Numbered from the stretch's first letter, positions 18,657 through 27,958 are shown. The stretch is DNA of 59,087 nt from Campylobacterales bacterium (GCA_026994915.1 JALWPY010000107.1:1-59087), one strand, 5' to 3'. Made by a program: numbers and translations. Notes: generated by a model from the sequence alone, not told the origin.

Positions 18657-21378
18657 ACTCCTCCTGTTGCTCCTGCTGGCGACAGCACTCTGGGCCAAGG
18701 CGCACCCCTCCGTCGCTTTCTGTTACGGAGACGATATTTCGGCCCCCTTTCTGGAGAGTTACGACAGAGTCGTCGTCGATCCCGACCGGATCGACCCGAT
18801 CTGGACGAAGCGCTACCCCCGAAAGCTCTTCGCCTATGTGAGTGTCGGCGAGTATGAGGCGTGGCGACACGGCAAAGCGGCCAGAGAGGGGTGGACACAG
18901 GGACACAACGAGGCATGGAACTCCGATGTGGTCGACTATACCGACCCCTCCTACCGTACCTTTTTGCTGAAGCATCTGACGCAGCTGCGGCACAGGGGGT
19001 ATCGCAACTTCTTTTTCGACACGCTCGACGCACCCTTCGGCAAGAGTGCTACACCCGAAGCGAAAGCGCGTCAGCAGCAAGCCCTCTCGCAACTGCTGGA
19101 GTCGATACGCCGCCGCTTTCCAAAAGCCAGAATCATCGCCAACCGCGGCATCGAAGTGATGCCGACCCTCTGCCGCACGGTCGACGCCTTTGCGATCGAG
19201 TCGCTCTACAAAGGGATCGATGCCAAAACAAAAGCCTACATAGAGGTCTCTCCCGAAGATCGGACATGGGTCACGGCACAGCTTGAGAAAGCCAAAGCGT
19301 GCGGCCTGCAGCCGATCGTCATCGACTACCTTCCCGAATCGGCCACGCAGGCGCGCCTGGAAGATGCCAAAACAATCGCGGCTGCCGGCTATACCCCCTG
19401 GGTCACCGACCGCTACCTGCGCCACTACGGAGAGGGAGAGCTGCCGCGCATCCGGCGCGAAGTGCTGCTGCTCTACGACTCCACCCAGCTCAAGGACGGT
19501 GACAAAGTCTACGCCAACACCCACCTGATGGCGAGCATGCCGCTGGAGTATCTGGGCTACATCCCCGTCATGAAGGATATGAGCAGAGGGCTCCCGTGGG
19601 GCGGCGTGGACCGGTACAGCGGCGTCATCGTCTGGCCGGGGAGTTACGCGAAGGATCAGCAGCGCTTCTTCAGCTGGGTCAAAGCACTGATCCAAAGCGG
19701 CCAGAAGGTGCTCTTTCTGAACGATTTCGGCTTCGAGATGACAGCGTCGCGTGCCAATGCACTCGGACTGATACGCAAAGAGACGCCGCCGCCCAAAAAG
19801 CTCTTCGCCCCGCTCACATGGCGCGATCCGATCTGCAACAGTGAGATCCCGCCGCTTGTCACCGCCGAAGAGAGGCTGATCGACGCCCCCGGTGCAGAGG
19901 CGCTGCTGCGCGCCCGAAGCGACGACGGCATCACCTTCACCCCCGCCGCGATCACACCGTGGGGCGGCTATGCGGTCTGCGGCAGTGCGGAGCATGACAT
20001 CTCGGGTGAGCCGATGTGGAGCATCGACCCCTTTGCCCTCTTCACCCGGGCGCTGCGTCTGAAGCCGATCCCGGTCCCCGATCCGACAACGGAGAACGGC
20101 AGACGGATACTCTTCATCCATATCGACGGAGACGGCTTCATCGAAAAGGTGCGGTTCAACCCCAAAATGTATGCCGGCAAGATGCTCGAGCGGGAGATTC
20201 TGCAGAAGTACCCTCTCCCTCACTCGGTCTCGATCATCGAGGGTGAGATCGGTCCCAAAGGGCTCTATCCGAAGCTCTCACCGCAGATGGAGCGCGACGC
20301 GAGGGCCATCTTCCGCCTTCCCTATGTCGAGATCGCCAGCCACAGCTACTCCCACCCCTTCAAATGGCAGAAGGTGGAGAGCCACCAAAAGGCGGAGGGG
20401 GACGAAGGGGCCTATCACCTCCCGATCCCCGGATACGACTTCAACCTGAGCCGGGAGATTCTGGGCAGTGTGCGTTACATCGACACCCGTCTGGCACCGA
20501 AAGGGAAGCGGTGCCGACTCTTCTTCTGGACCGGTGACTGCCTGCCACGTGAAGATGCGCTGCGTATGTGTGAAACCCACCGTCTGGGTGCGATCAACGG
20601 CGGAGACACGACCGTCACCCGCGACAATCCCTGGCTGGGGCGCATCGCACCCTTCGGATTGCAGCGCGGCCCCTTCTGGCAAATCTACGTCGGAGAGCAG
20701 AACGAGAATATCTACACCAACGACTGGCTGGGCCCCTACTGGGGATACCGCAAAGTGCTCGAGACTTTCGCCATCACCGACAAACCGAAGCGGCTCAAAC
20801 CGATCGATATCTACTACCACTTCTACTCCGCGTCGAAACGTCCCTCTCTCGATGCCCTGAAGCGTGCCTACGACTATGCCGTCCGTCAGCATCCGATTCC
20901 CCTCTTCACCTCCGACTATATCGCGATTGTGCACGACTTCTACCGCACGGCGATTCTGCGCAGCGGTGCGGGGTGGCTGATCCGAAACCGGGGCGATCTG
21001 CGAACGCTGCGTCTGCCCGAAAGTCTGGGCTATCCCGACATGCTCCGCAGCCGCGGCATCGTCGGATACCGGCAGGAGAAGGGGTTTTGCTATATCCATC
21101 TGGACGGACGTAAAAAGGTGCTGCTCAAAACCCGCCCGCGTCCCGGTAACTATCCGCATCTGATAGAGAGCAACGGGCGCGTCACGGCTTTTGAGAGAGA
21201 TGCCGGAAGCTATCGTTTGAAACTGAAGGCGCATCAGCCGCTCGTCGCACGTCTGGCACTGCCTGATGGGTGGCGCGTCGAAAGCGTTTCGTCCGGAACG
21301 AAGAGGCATCTCGACGGGCATGCGCTGACGATCCAGAGCCCCGAAAGAGAAGCGGAGGTGCTGCTTGTTCAGCCGTAA
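18634..21378 (+). CDS. pelA: Pel bifunctional glycoside hydrolase / deacetylase PelA
   Basis: 914 aa from the ATG at 18634 (AAGG upstream) with signal peptide MKPTCYSRLLLLLLLATALWAKA. It has an N-terminal TIM-barrel-like hydrolase region and later CE4-type motifs FIHIDGDGF and IASHSYSHP. Confidence 0.85.
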   Translation: MKPTCYSRLLLLLLLATALWAKAHPSVAFCYGDDISAPFLESYDRVVVDPDRIDPIWTKRYPRKLFAYVSVGEYEAWRHGKAAREGWTQGHNEAWNSDVVDYTDPSYRTFLLKHLTQLRHRGYRNFFFDTLDAPFGKSATPEAKARQQQALSQLLESIRRRFPKARIIANRGIEVMPTLCRTVDAFAIESLYKGIDAKTKAYIEVSPEDRTWVTAQLEKAKACGLQPIVIDYLPESATQARLEDAKTIAAAGYTPWVTDRYLRHYGEGELPRIRREVLLLYDSTQLKDGDKVYANTHLMASMPLEYLGYIPVMKDMSRGLPWGGVDRYSGVIVWPGSYAKDQQRFFSWVKALIQSGQKVLFLNDFGFEMTASRANALGLIRKETPPPKKLFAPLTWRDPICNSEIPPLVTAEERLIDAPGAEALLRARSDDGITFTPAAITPWGGYAVCGSAEHDISGEPMWSIDPFALFTRALRLKPIPVPDPTTENGRRILFIHIDGDGFIEKVRFNPKMYAGKMLEREILQKYPLPHSVSIIEGEIGPKGLYPKLSPQMERDARAIFRLPYVEIASHSYSHPFKWQKVESHQKAEGDEGAYHLPIPGYDFNLSREILGSVRYIDTRLAPKGKRCRLFFWTGDCLPREDALRMCETHRLGAINGGDTTVTRDNPWLGRIAPFGLQRGPFWQIYVGEQNENIYTNDWLGPYWGYRKVLETFAITDKPKRLKPIDIYYHFYSASKRPSLDALKRAYDYAVRQHPIPLFTSDYIAIVHDFYRTAILRSGAGWLIRNRGDLRTLRLPESLGYPDMLRSRGIVGYRQEKGFCYIHLDGRKKVLLKTRPRPGNYPHLIESNGRVTAFERDAGSYRLKLKAHQPLVARLALPDGWRVESVSSGTKRHLDGHALTIQSPEREAEVLLVQP

Positions 21379-22306
21379 CAGCAAAGAGCCGGTCGTCATC
21401 ACCTTCGGGGAGCTCTTCATGATGCTCGCACTCACGGGTGCGCTGATGGTGCTCTTCTTCCCCAAAGCGCGGATCGAACAGGGGATCGAGACCGAAAAGA
21501 GCAACTACGACCTCACCCTCGTCTACCTCAAGAGTATCGCCCACGCCTACCCCAACGATCCGCAAAACTGGCTCCGGCTGCTCGATGCCGAACTCTCGAT
21601 GGGCAAGACGGAGGCGGCACAGCAGATCTTTGCACAGCTGAAACGATTTCCCGACATTGACAAGAGTTCACTCGACTATATGGGATACAAGCTGCTCAAG
21701 ACCAGATATTTCCAGACCGCCGAAGCGTGGCGGAAAGAGGAGCTTCGCGCGCTGCTGGCACGTAAACTGGAGGAGTTTATCAGCAGCGACGAGAGCAGCC
21801 TCTGGCTGATCGCACGACAGGAGGCGACCGAACTGCAGATGCCGCAGCTTGTTTTCGCAGCCTTGAAAAAGCGCATCACCCGCGGCAAAATGGCCGATCC
21901 GGAGGATGTGGCGGCGCTGCTGCGTCTGGCTCCGGCGCTGCACAGGAAATCCGAAGCGCTGACACTGGCCGAAACGGCACTGCGCCAAAGCGGCGACCGG
22001 CGGATCTACATGCTGCTCAAAAAAGAGTGCCTCGCGGCGGAGGATTATGCCGCCTGTGCAAGGATCAGCCGTCTCTGTTACGAAAGATGCGGCGACGCGG
22101 AGGCGTTTCTTGATGCGGCGAAGTACCTCTTCTGGGCCAAAAAACCCAAAGAGGCGCACGCCCTGCTGCGTTCGGGTGAAGCGCGCTTTCTGCATGATCC
22201 CCAAACCGCACAGAAGATCATCCGGCTCTATCTGGCCAACGGCATGACCGCGGAGGCACACCGCTACACCTTGCGGCTGCTCGAAGCGGATAGGGTGTTG
22301 CCATGA
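21365..22306 (+). CDS. pelB: PelB N-terminal module (membrane anchor + TPR) encoded as a separate ORF
   Basis: 313 aa. TTG start at 21365 with GGAGG 6 nt upstream. It has one hydrophobic helix (FGELFMMLALTGALMVLFF) followed by TPR-like repeats. The ORF ends in an ATGA overlap with the next ORF. Confidence 0.6.
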   Translation: MFSRNSKEPVVITFGELFMMLALTGALMVLFFPKARIEQGIETEKSNYDLTLVYLKSIAHAYPNDPQNWLRLLDAELSMGKTEAAQQIFAQLKRFPDIDKSSLDYMGYKLLKTRYFQTAEAWRKEELRALLARKLEEFISSDESSLWLIARQEATELQMPQLVFAALKKRITRGKMADPEDVAALLRLAPALHRKSEALTLAETALRQSGDRRIYMLLKKECLAAEDYAACARISRLCYERCGDAEAFLDAAKYLFWAKKPKEAHALLRSGEARFLHDPQTAQKIIRLYLANGMTAEAHRYTLRLLEADRVLP

Positions 22307-25008
22307 TGAGACGGTTGCTCATACTGCTCGCTACGGCGTTTCTGCTCTGTGCCAACACCCCTGCGCAGCCGAAGCCGGAACAGGAACGCATGCGGTTGCT
22401 GAAGCTGAGCCTGCAGGTAATGCTCTACAACAACGATCTGGCCCATGCGCAGAAGATCGTTGACAAAGCGCTGCAAAGCGCCCCGGAGGATCCCTTCTGG
22501 ATCGCCAAAGCGGCGCAGATCGCACTCTGGCGGGGAGAGACCGAATCGGCGAAGCGGTGGTATCTGAAACTCTACCGGGCGACCCGGGACGCCGACGCCA
22601 GAGAGGAGCTGGAGCGGCTGGCGCACGCCACTGAAGATCAGGAGATCATGATGATGCTCGACGAGCAGGCTCTGGAGAAGCGGTGGGATAGCGAACGCGC
22701 CGAAAAGCTCTATCGCGCCTACTACGATACGGGCTATCTGGAACGCGGCGCGGCCTTTTTTCAAAAACTGGAGAGGCGCTTCGGCCGAAAAGAGGCGGCA
22801 CGCGCGGCACTGCTGCTGGAGATGGAGTATGCCGGCTTTGCGGAGCTCTCAGAAGGGTACCACCGTTTCAAACGGCGCTACGGATTCGATGCCGAACTGC
22901 TCTACCGCTATGCGAAGTTGCTCTTTGCACGCAGAGCCTATATGGAAGCGTTTATCGAGATCGCCGCGTTCGAGAGAGAGATTCCTCCCGAAGCCGGGAA
23001 GCTCTGGGAACTCTATACCGATCTGGCGCTGCTGGGAGAGCATGAAGAGACGCTGCTGCATCTGCTGGGGCGCCGTGAAGCACTCGGCACGCTCGATGCT
23101 GAGAGTGCCGACCTCTATCTGCGGCTGCTGACCCGCCATAACCCCGCCAAAGCGCTCGCCTACGCACGAAAAAGGCTGATGCGGCACCCTGACAGCCGAA
23201 GGTTCTGCACCTTTGCCGGAGTCGCCCTGCAGCAGCATGCCTACGCGCTTCTCGCCGATACGCTGCAACAGCTTCCACGCTCTCTCCTGAAAGAGCTGGA
23301 GAGTCAGGTCGCATACTGGCGCATCGCGGCGCAGCTCCTTGCAGGCCAAAAGGCGTATGATCAAGCGGTAGCGGCATGGCGCAAGGCTATCACACTCGAT
23401 CCTGATGACGTGTCACTTCATGCAGCCTATCTCTGGAGCCTGCTGGATGCCGACGATACCGATGCCATGCGCCGGGAACTTCGCACCCTTCGCGAACGGT
23501 TCGGGGAGCGGGAGGAGCTCGCACAGCCCAAAGCGCTCGCATGGTTTCGCCTCGGTGCCTCACAGCCGGCACTGCGGCAGATACGTATGCTGCTGCGCAG
23601 ATCTCCCGACGACTGGCGCACACAGCTGCTCTATGCGGACATACTTTCACTCAGCGGTGACGAGGCGCTGCGCGACAGAACACTGCTGAAGGCGTGGTAT
23701 CTGGCACAGAAAGCGCTGCGTCACCGTCCCGCTCTCTTCCGCGACCCCTCCTTCTGCTACGACTATACCCGGCTGGCGCTCTCGTTCATGCCGCTTCAGC
23801 GCCGCCGGCTGCTGGCAAAGGCGGCGGAGGTGTTGTCGCCCGGACAGATCACGGAGCTCTGGCTCTCCGCACTCGATCCCCGAAACGCCCCCAAGAAGGT
23901 ACGCATGCTGCTCAGACGCCTGCCACACCGCACGCCGTCACAGCAGCTGCAGCTGGCGATGCTCGAGCATGACACCCAAAAGATCGCCGCACTCTCAGAG
24001 CATGATACACATCTGCCGCTCTGGGATGCGATCGTCGCGACGAAAGAGAGCGGTGATACGCCGCGCTATCTACAGCGGCTCTTTGCGGGTATGGAGGCCA
24101 ATCCGCACAACGGCGAACTGGTGCGTAGCTATACCGAAGCGGTTATGGCACGCGGCCCCGCGGCCGAAGTGTCACTGCGGAGTGAACGGCGCAACCGCCT
24201 CCGTCTCAAAGGGGTGCATCTGGCGCTGCATCATAACAACCAGGCAGAACGGATCCTCTCCTTTAATTACCGCAGCGAACGGTTCGACGAGGAAAAGGGC
24301 GCGATCCAGATCCATACGACGCACCAAAGCGCCGCGTTCACACTCTACGGACGCTTCAAAAACTACCGGATGCATCTGCGTGCCGGTGTGACGCAGCAAT
24401 CGGAGACATATGCCACGCTCGAAGCGGGAACGGAACACGAAACGGGACGCTACCGTTTCAGCCTGCTGGCACGTCACAATGCACAGGATGATCTGAACAA
24501 CGATCAGCTTCTCTACGGCAGAAAAAGCGGCCTGCGCCTTCACGGAAGCTACCGCCTGGACGGACATCGGAGCGTGGCATTTGGGCTGGAACTGGACCGC
24601 CACTATGAAAACAACAGCAGCCGTGCGCTCGGTGACTCTGCCCTCACCGAACTCTCCTACACACGCTATCTCAGGCTCGGTTATCCGGATCTCTCTTATA
24701 CACTGTTTACACAGAAGGAGATTTTCCGGGAGAGCGCCGGCATACTGCCTCAAAACTACTGGCAGGGCGGTATCCGGATCGCTGCGGGAGAGGGTGCAGC
24801 CGGAGGGTTTCATACCCGTCTGAAACCCTGGGGCGGCGCGACCCTGCTCTACAACAACCGCACCCGTCTGGGATATGCACTGCATGCAGGTGCAGGAAAA
24901 CGTCTGCTCTTTCGGGACTATCTGGGGATCGAGGGGACTTTCGCCAGCGGCATCGGTCTGCGCAGGGAGGATTATCTCTCCCTGAAACTGCGCTATCTCT
25001 GGTGGTAA
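22303..25008 (+). CDS. pelB: PelB C-terminal module (TPR array + outer-membrane beta-barrel porin)
   Basis: 901 aa with its own signal-like N-terminus (MMRRLLILLATAFLLCANTPA). A long Ala/Leu/Arg-rich TPR region is followed by about 290 aa of alternating beta-strand pattern. The protein ends in an aromatic terminus (LKLRYLWW), typical of OMP barrels. Confidence 0.75.
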   Translation: MMRRLLILLATAFLLCANTPAQPKPEQERMRLLKLSLQVMLYNNDLAHAQKIVDKALQSAPEDPFWIAKAAQIALWRGETESAKRWYLKLYRATRDADAREELERLAHATEDQEIMMMLDEQALEKRWDSERAEKLYRAYYDTGYLERGAAFFQKLERRFGRKEAARAALLLEMEYAGFAELSEGYHRFKRRYGFDAELLYRYAKLLFARRAYMEAFIEIAAFEREIPPEAGKLWELYTDLALLGEHEETLLHLLGRREALGTLDAESADLYLRLLTRHNPAKALAYARKRLMRHPDSRRFCTFAGVALQQHAYALLADTLQQLPRSLLKELESQVAYWRIAAQLLAGQKAYDQAVAAWRKAITLDPDDVSLHAAYLWSLLDADDTDAMRRELRTLRERFGEREELAQPKALAWFRLGASQPALRQIRMLLRRSPDDWRTQLLYADILSLSGDEALRDRTLLKAWYLAQKALRHRPALFRDPSFCYDYTRLALSFMPLQRRRLLAKAAEVLSPGQITELWLSALDPRNAPKKVRMLLRRLPHRTPSQQLQLAMLEHDTQKIAALSEHDTHLPLWDAIVATKESGDTPRYLQRLFAGMEANPHNGELVRSYTEAVMARGPAAEVSLRSERRNRLRLKGVHLALHHNNQAERILSFNYRSERFDEEKGAIQIHTTHQSAAFTLYGRFKNYRMHLRAGVTQQSETYATLEAGTEHETGRYRFSLLARHNAQDDLNNDQLLYGRKSGLRLHGSYRLDGHRSVAFGLELDRHYENNSSRALGDSALTELSYTRYLRLGYPDLSYTLFTQKEIFRESAGILPQNYWQGGIRIAAGEGAAGGFHTRLKPWGGATLLYNNRTRLGYALHAGAGKRLLFRDYLGIEGTFASGIGLRREDYLSLKLRYLWW

Positions 25009-25080
25009 TATCAACAAAAATTAAGATATTTTAGGGTAGGATACGCGACAAAATTTTTAAAGCCATATAAGGATAGTACT

Positions 25081-25275
25081 ATGTCAAGAAAATGTCAAAT
25101 CAGCGGCAAAGGCCCTATGAGCGGTAACAACGTCAGCCATGCCCACAACAAGACCAAAAGAAGATTTCTGCCCAATCTCAGAACTGTCAGAGTGACACTC
25201 GAAGACGGTACAAGAAAAAAGATCAGAGTCTCTGCAAAAGAGCTTCGCACAATGCGCAAAAAAGCGAATCAGTAA
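25081..25275 (+). CDS. rpmB: 50S ribosomal protein L28
   Basis: 64-aa basic protein. [33 protein letters not shown] is the L28 signature. Confidence 0.95.
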   Translation: MSRKCQISGKGPMSGNNVSHAHNKTKRRFLPNLRTVRVTLEDGTRKKIRVSAKELRTMRKKANQ

Positions 25276-25298
25276 CCGCTTTACCCCAGTTGACCCCT

Positions 25299-25327
25299 GA
25301 GAAGAAGATTTCTCCAATCTTCTTCTC
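25299..25327 (+). terminator. Perfect 11-bp stem hairpin downstream of rpmB (no U-tract)
   Basis: GAGAAGAAGAT (25299-25309), a 7-nt loop, then ATCTTCTTCTC (25317-25327). No T-run follows, so this is a weak terminator or attenuator at best. Confidence 0.35.
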
Positions 25328-25369
25328 ATACAGCCTCTCGCCTCTTTCGCGAGCCACGATGGAGAGTTT

Positions 25370-26488
25370 ATGAAATTTATCAAAAAAGTCAAAAAATTTC
25401 TCCACTGGCGTGACCCCAAAAAACCAGAGATCGATCTGGATACCGAACTCTATCTGCAACTTGCCCCCTTTCGTCTGCCACTCATCCTGACAGTTTTGAT
25501 GATGATGGTCGGTACACTCGGTTATATCATCATCGACGACTTCAAACTGATGGATGCGATCTATCAGACCGGCATCACTTTCACGACGGTCGGTTTCGGA
25601 GAGATCGCCCCGATCTCCAATGCCGGGCGTATCTTCACGATCACGCTGATCATTCTGGGGTTCGGGGTTTTCTCATTCTCGGTCGGTATTCTGGTCGATG
25701 TACTCAACAAAGGCGAACTACTCAAGATACTCAAGGAGCGCTCCATGCTATATGACATCGCACGGCTCAAAAACCACTACGTCATCTGCAACCACAACGA
25801 ATTTACGATCCAGCTGACCCAGCAGTTTCGTGAAAACCATATCCCTTTCGTCGTCGTCGATCCCGCCGAAGATATCGAGGAGATCGCGAAAAAGTACAGC
25901 TATCCCTACTTTGTGAAGGAGGAGCCGCACACGGAAGTGGCACTGGCCAAAGCACACCTCTCCAGTGCCAAAGGGATCATCACGCTCTCACGAAATATCG
26001 CCGACAATATCGCCGTCATCGCTTCGGCAAGGCTGCATGAGAAGGAGATCAAGCGAAGACGCCCCTACTTCATCCTGACCAATGCCAACACGATCAGCGA
26101 TATCGAGAAGCTCAAGAAACTGGGCGCCGACAGTGTCGTCTCACCGACCAAACTGATGGCACAGCGCATGAGTGCAATCAGCCAGCGTCCCGAGATGGAG
26201 AATATCCTCGAACAGTTTCTCTACAAAAAAGATACTCCGCTGGATATCGAAGAGATCAAAGTGCCCTCCTACTCATGGATGCTCTACAAGAAACTGGGGG
26301 AGATCGATCTGCCCCGCTTTGTCAAGGTCAATGTCGTCGGTGTGCGCGACGACAAAGGGAACTTCATCCCGATGCCTTCCGATGAAACGATCGTCACACT
26401 CGGTTCCAAACTCATGCTGATCGGCAGCAGTGAGAGTATCCGCCAGGCCAAAAAGCTCGCGCGCAAAAAATATCCCCCTCAGGAGTAA
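25370..26488 (+). CDS. Two-TM potassium channel with RCK (TrkA-N / TrkA-C) domains, MthK-like
   Basis: 372 aa with two TM helices flanking the pore sequence TFTTVGFGEI. These are followed by a Rossmann-like RCK domain and a C-terminal TrkA-C-like domain. Confidence 0.8.
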   Translation: MKFIKKVKKFLHWRDPKKPEIDLDTELYLQLAPFRLPLILTVLMMMVGTLGYIIIDDFKLMDAIYQTGITFTTVGFGEIAPISNAGRIFTITLIILGFGVFSFSVGILVDVLNKGELLKILKERSMLYDIARLKNHYVICNHNEFTIQLTQQFRENHIPFVVVDPAEDIEEIAKKYSYPYFVKEEPHTEVALAKAHLSSAKGIITLSRNIADNIAVIASARLHEKEIKRRRPYFILTNANTISDIEKLKKLGADSVVSPTKLMAQRMSAISQRPEMENILEQFLYKKDTPLDIEEIKVPSYSWMLYKKLGEIDLPRFVKVNVVGVRDDKGNFIPMPSDETIVTLGSKLMLIGSSESIRQAKKLARKKYPPQE

Positions 26489-26491
26489 ATA

Positions 26492-27679
26492 ATGTTTGAT
26501 ATTATCCCCCAAAAAGGCGGCCTCTCGATTGTCGAAGGTTTTTACTGTGACGGTGTGAACTGCGGCATGAGAGAAGGCGATCAGCCTGATCTGGCATTTA
26601 TCCGCAGTGACGCACCATGCGATATCAGCGCTGTTTTCACGACCAATCGTTTTCAGGCGGCGCCGATCAGACATTTTCAGCGCTACGGAGAGGATTTTCA
26701 GACCGATTTCATCCTCATCAACGCCAAAAACGCCAATGCCATGACCGGAAAACGCGGCATCGAAGATATCGACTCCATCTTTGCCGCGATCGGCACGAAA
26801 CACCCCATGACCAATCCCGTCATGAGTTCCACCGGGGTCATCGGCTACCCGCTGCCGGTCGAAAAGATTGTCGCGGGATTCGACACATTTGACCTGAATG
26901 CCAGAGACTCCGCACATGCTGCGGAAGCGATCATGACGACCGATCAGTTTCCCAAAGAGCTCGCCTTCGAAGTAGCGCTCGAAGACGGTACGGGCTTCCG
27001 TATCGCCGGGATCTGCAAGGGAGCAGGTATGATCAATCCCGCGATGGCGACGATGCTCTGTTTCATCGTCACCGATGCCGATATTCCCAAAGCCGAGATG
27101 GATAGTCTGCTCCGGGAGAGTGTCGACCACTCCTTCAATACCATCAGCGTCGACGGCGATACCTCCACCAACGATACCGTCATGCTGATGACAAGCCGAA
27201 AGAGCGGTAACTATCAGAAAGAGGCGTTCAAAATGGCACTCGACATGCTGACCCATCAGCTGGCGATGATGATTCTCCGCGACGGTGAGGGCGCGAACAA
27301 AGTGGTCGCTTTCGAAGTGAGTGGTGCAAAAACGAAAGAGGATGCGATCAAAGCTTCCAAAGCACTCAGCAATTCTCTGCTGGTCAAAACGGCACTTTTC
27401 GGCGAAGATCCCAACTGGGGACGTATCGCATCGACGATCGGCGCCAGCGGTATCGCCTGTGATGAAGAGCTTCTGGTGATCAGATATGAAGATCTGATCG
27501 TCTACTCCAGAGAGTTCCCCGTACTCGATGCGGCGCGTGAAGCCAAAGCCGCGAAGATCATGCAAAAAAGCAGTTATAAGATCCACTGTGATATCGGCCT
27601 CGGAGAGTATAGCCACACCAGCTACGGCTGCGATCTAAGCTATGATTATGTCAAGATTAATGCCGATTACAGAACATAA
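26492..27679 (+). CDS. argJ: Bifunctional glutamate N-acetyltransferase / amino-acid acetyltransferase
   Basis: 395 aa with TTNRFQAAP and the autoprocessing context ATMLCFIVTDA. The C-terminal ADYRT ending is typical of ArgJ. Confidence 0.93.
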   Translation: MFDIIPQKGGLSIVEGFYCDGVNCGMREGDQPDLAFIRSDAPCDISAVFTTNRFQAAPIRHFQRYGEDFQTDFILINAKNANAMTGKRGIEDIDSIFAAIGTKHPMTNPVMSSTGVIGYPLPVEKIVAGFDTFDLNARDSAHAAEAIMTTDQFPKELAFEVALEDGTGFRIAGICKGAGMINPAMATMLCFIVTDADIPKAEMDSLLRESVDHSFNTISVDGDTSTNDTVMLMTSRKSGNYQKEAFKMALDMLTHQLAMMILRDGEGANKVVAFEVSGAKTKEDAIKASKALSNSLLVKTALFGEDPNWGRIASTIGASGIACDEELLVIRYEDLIVYSREFPVLDAAREAKAAKIMQKSSYKIHCDIGLGEYSHTSYGCDLSYDYVKINADYRT

Positions 27680-27724
27680 ATGTTACAATGAATATGTAAT
27701 AGTAAAAATAAATGAGGAGCATTC

Positions 27725-27952
27725 ATGTTACATGAGTACCGAGATATTATCTCAAAACTGAAAACGGAAAACGCACACTTTGCAAAAATTTTCGAAAAGC
27801 ACAATGAACTCGATGATAAAATCACTGAAGTTGAAGAGGGAAGAGAGCCGATGGATGATCTGGAGCTTGAAAAACTCAAAAAAGAGAAACTACGCCTCAA
27901 AGATGAAGCGTATGCGATGATTCTGGCATACAAAAAAGAGCACAATCTTTAA
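27725..27952 (+). CDS. DUF465 (YdcH-like) small coiled-coil protein
   Basis: 75 aa. The pattern MLHEYRDIISKLKTENAHFAKIFEKHNELDDKI...LELEKLKKEKLRLKDE matches the YdcH/DUF465 family. Confidence 0.75.
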   Translation: MLHEYRDIISKLKTENAHFAKIFEKHNELDDKITEVEEGREPMDDLELEKLKKEKLRLKDEAYAMILAYKKEHNL

Positions 27953-27958
27953 ACATGC

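Noticed and set aside
18616-21504. Long antisense ORFs opposite pelA (535 aa at 18616-20223; 408 aa at 20278-21504).
   Set aside because: They lie antisense to a well-supported PelA reading frame and have Arg/Gly/Asp/Val-rich compositionally biased translations. They have no SD-supported starts, so I treat them as a GC-driven artefact.
6386-25008. The whole polysaccharide region as a classical genomic island or mobile element.
   Set aside because: I saw no integrase, transposase, IS remnant, phage gene or flanking direct repeat. The only tRNA in the window (59041 onward) is 34 kb away. Compositional evidence is moderate and the background is heterogeneous.
25370-26488. The K+ channel selectivity filter reads TVGFGE instead of the textbook TVGYGD.
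   Set aside because: GFG filters and acidic-residue swaps occur in bona fide K+ channels. Without functional data this is a minor variant, not evidence of altered selectivity.
26273-27616. A 447-aa antisense ORF opposite argJ. Similar long antisense ORFs lie opposite acnB (52994-53983), lon (31091-32068), the M16 peptidase/dapA (1526-3198), pelD (13966-14880) and the PPIase (33625-34455).
   Set aside because: Each fully overlaps a gene with unmistakable family motifs on the other strand, and the translations lack recognisable motifs. I treat them as spurious shadow ORFs.
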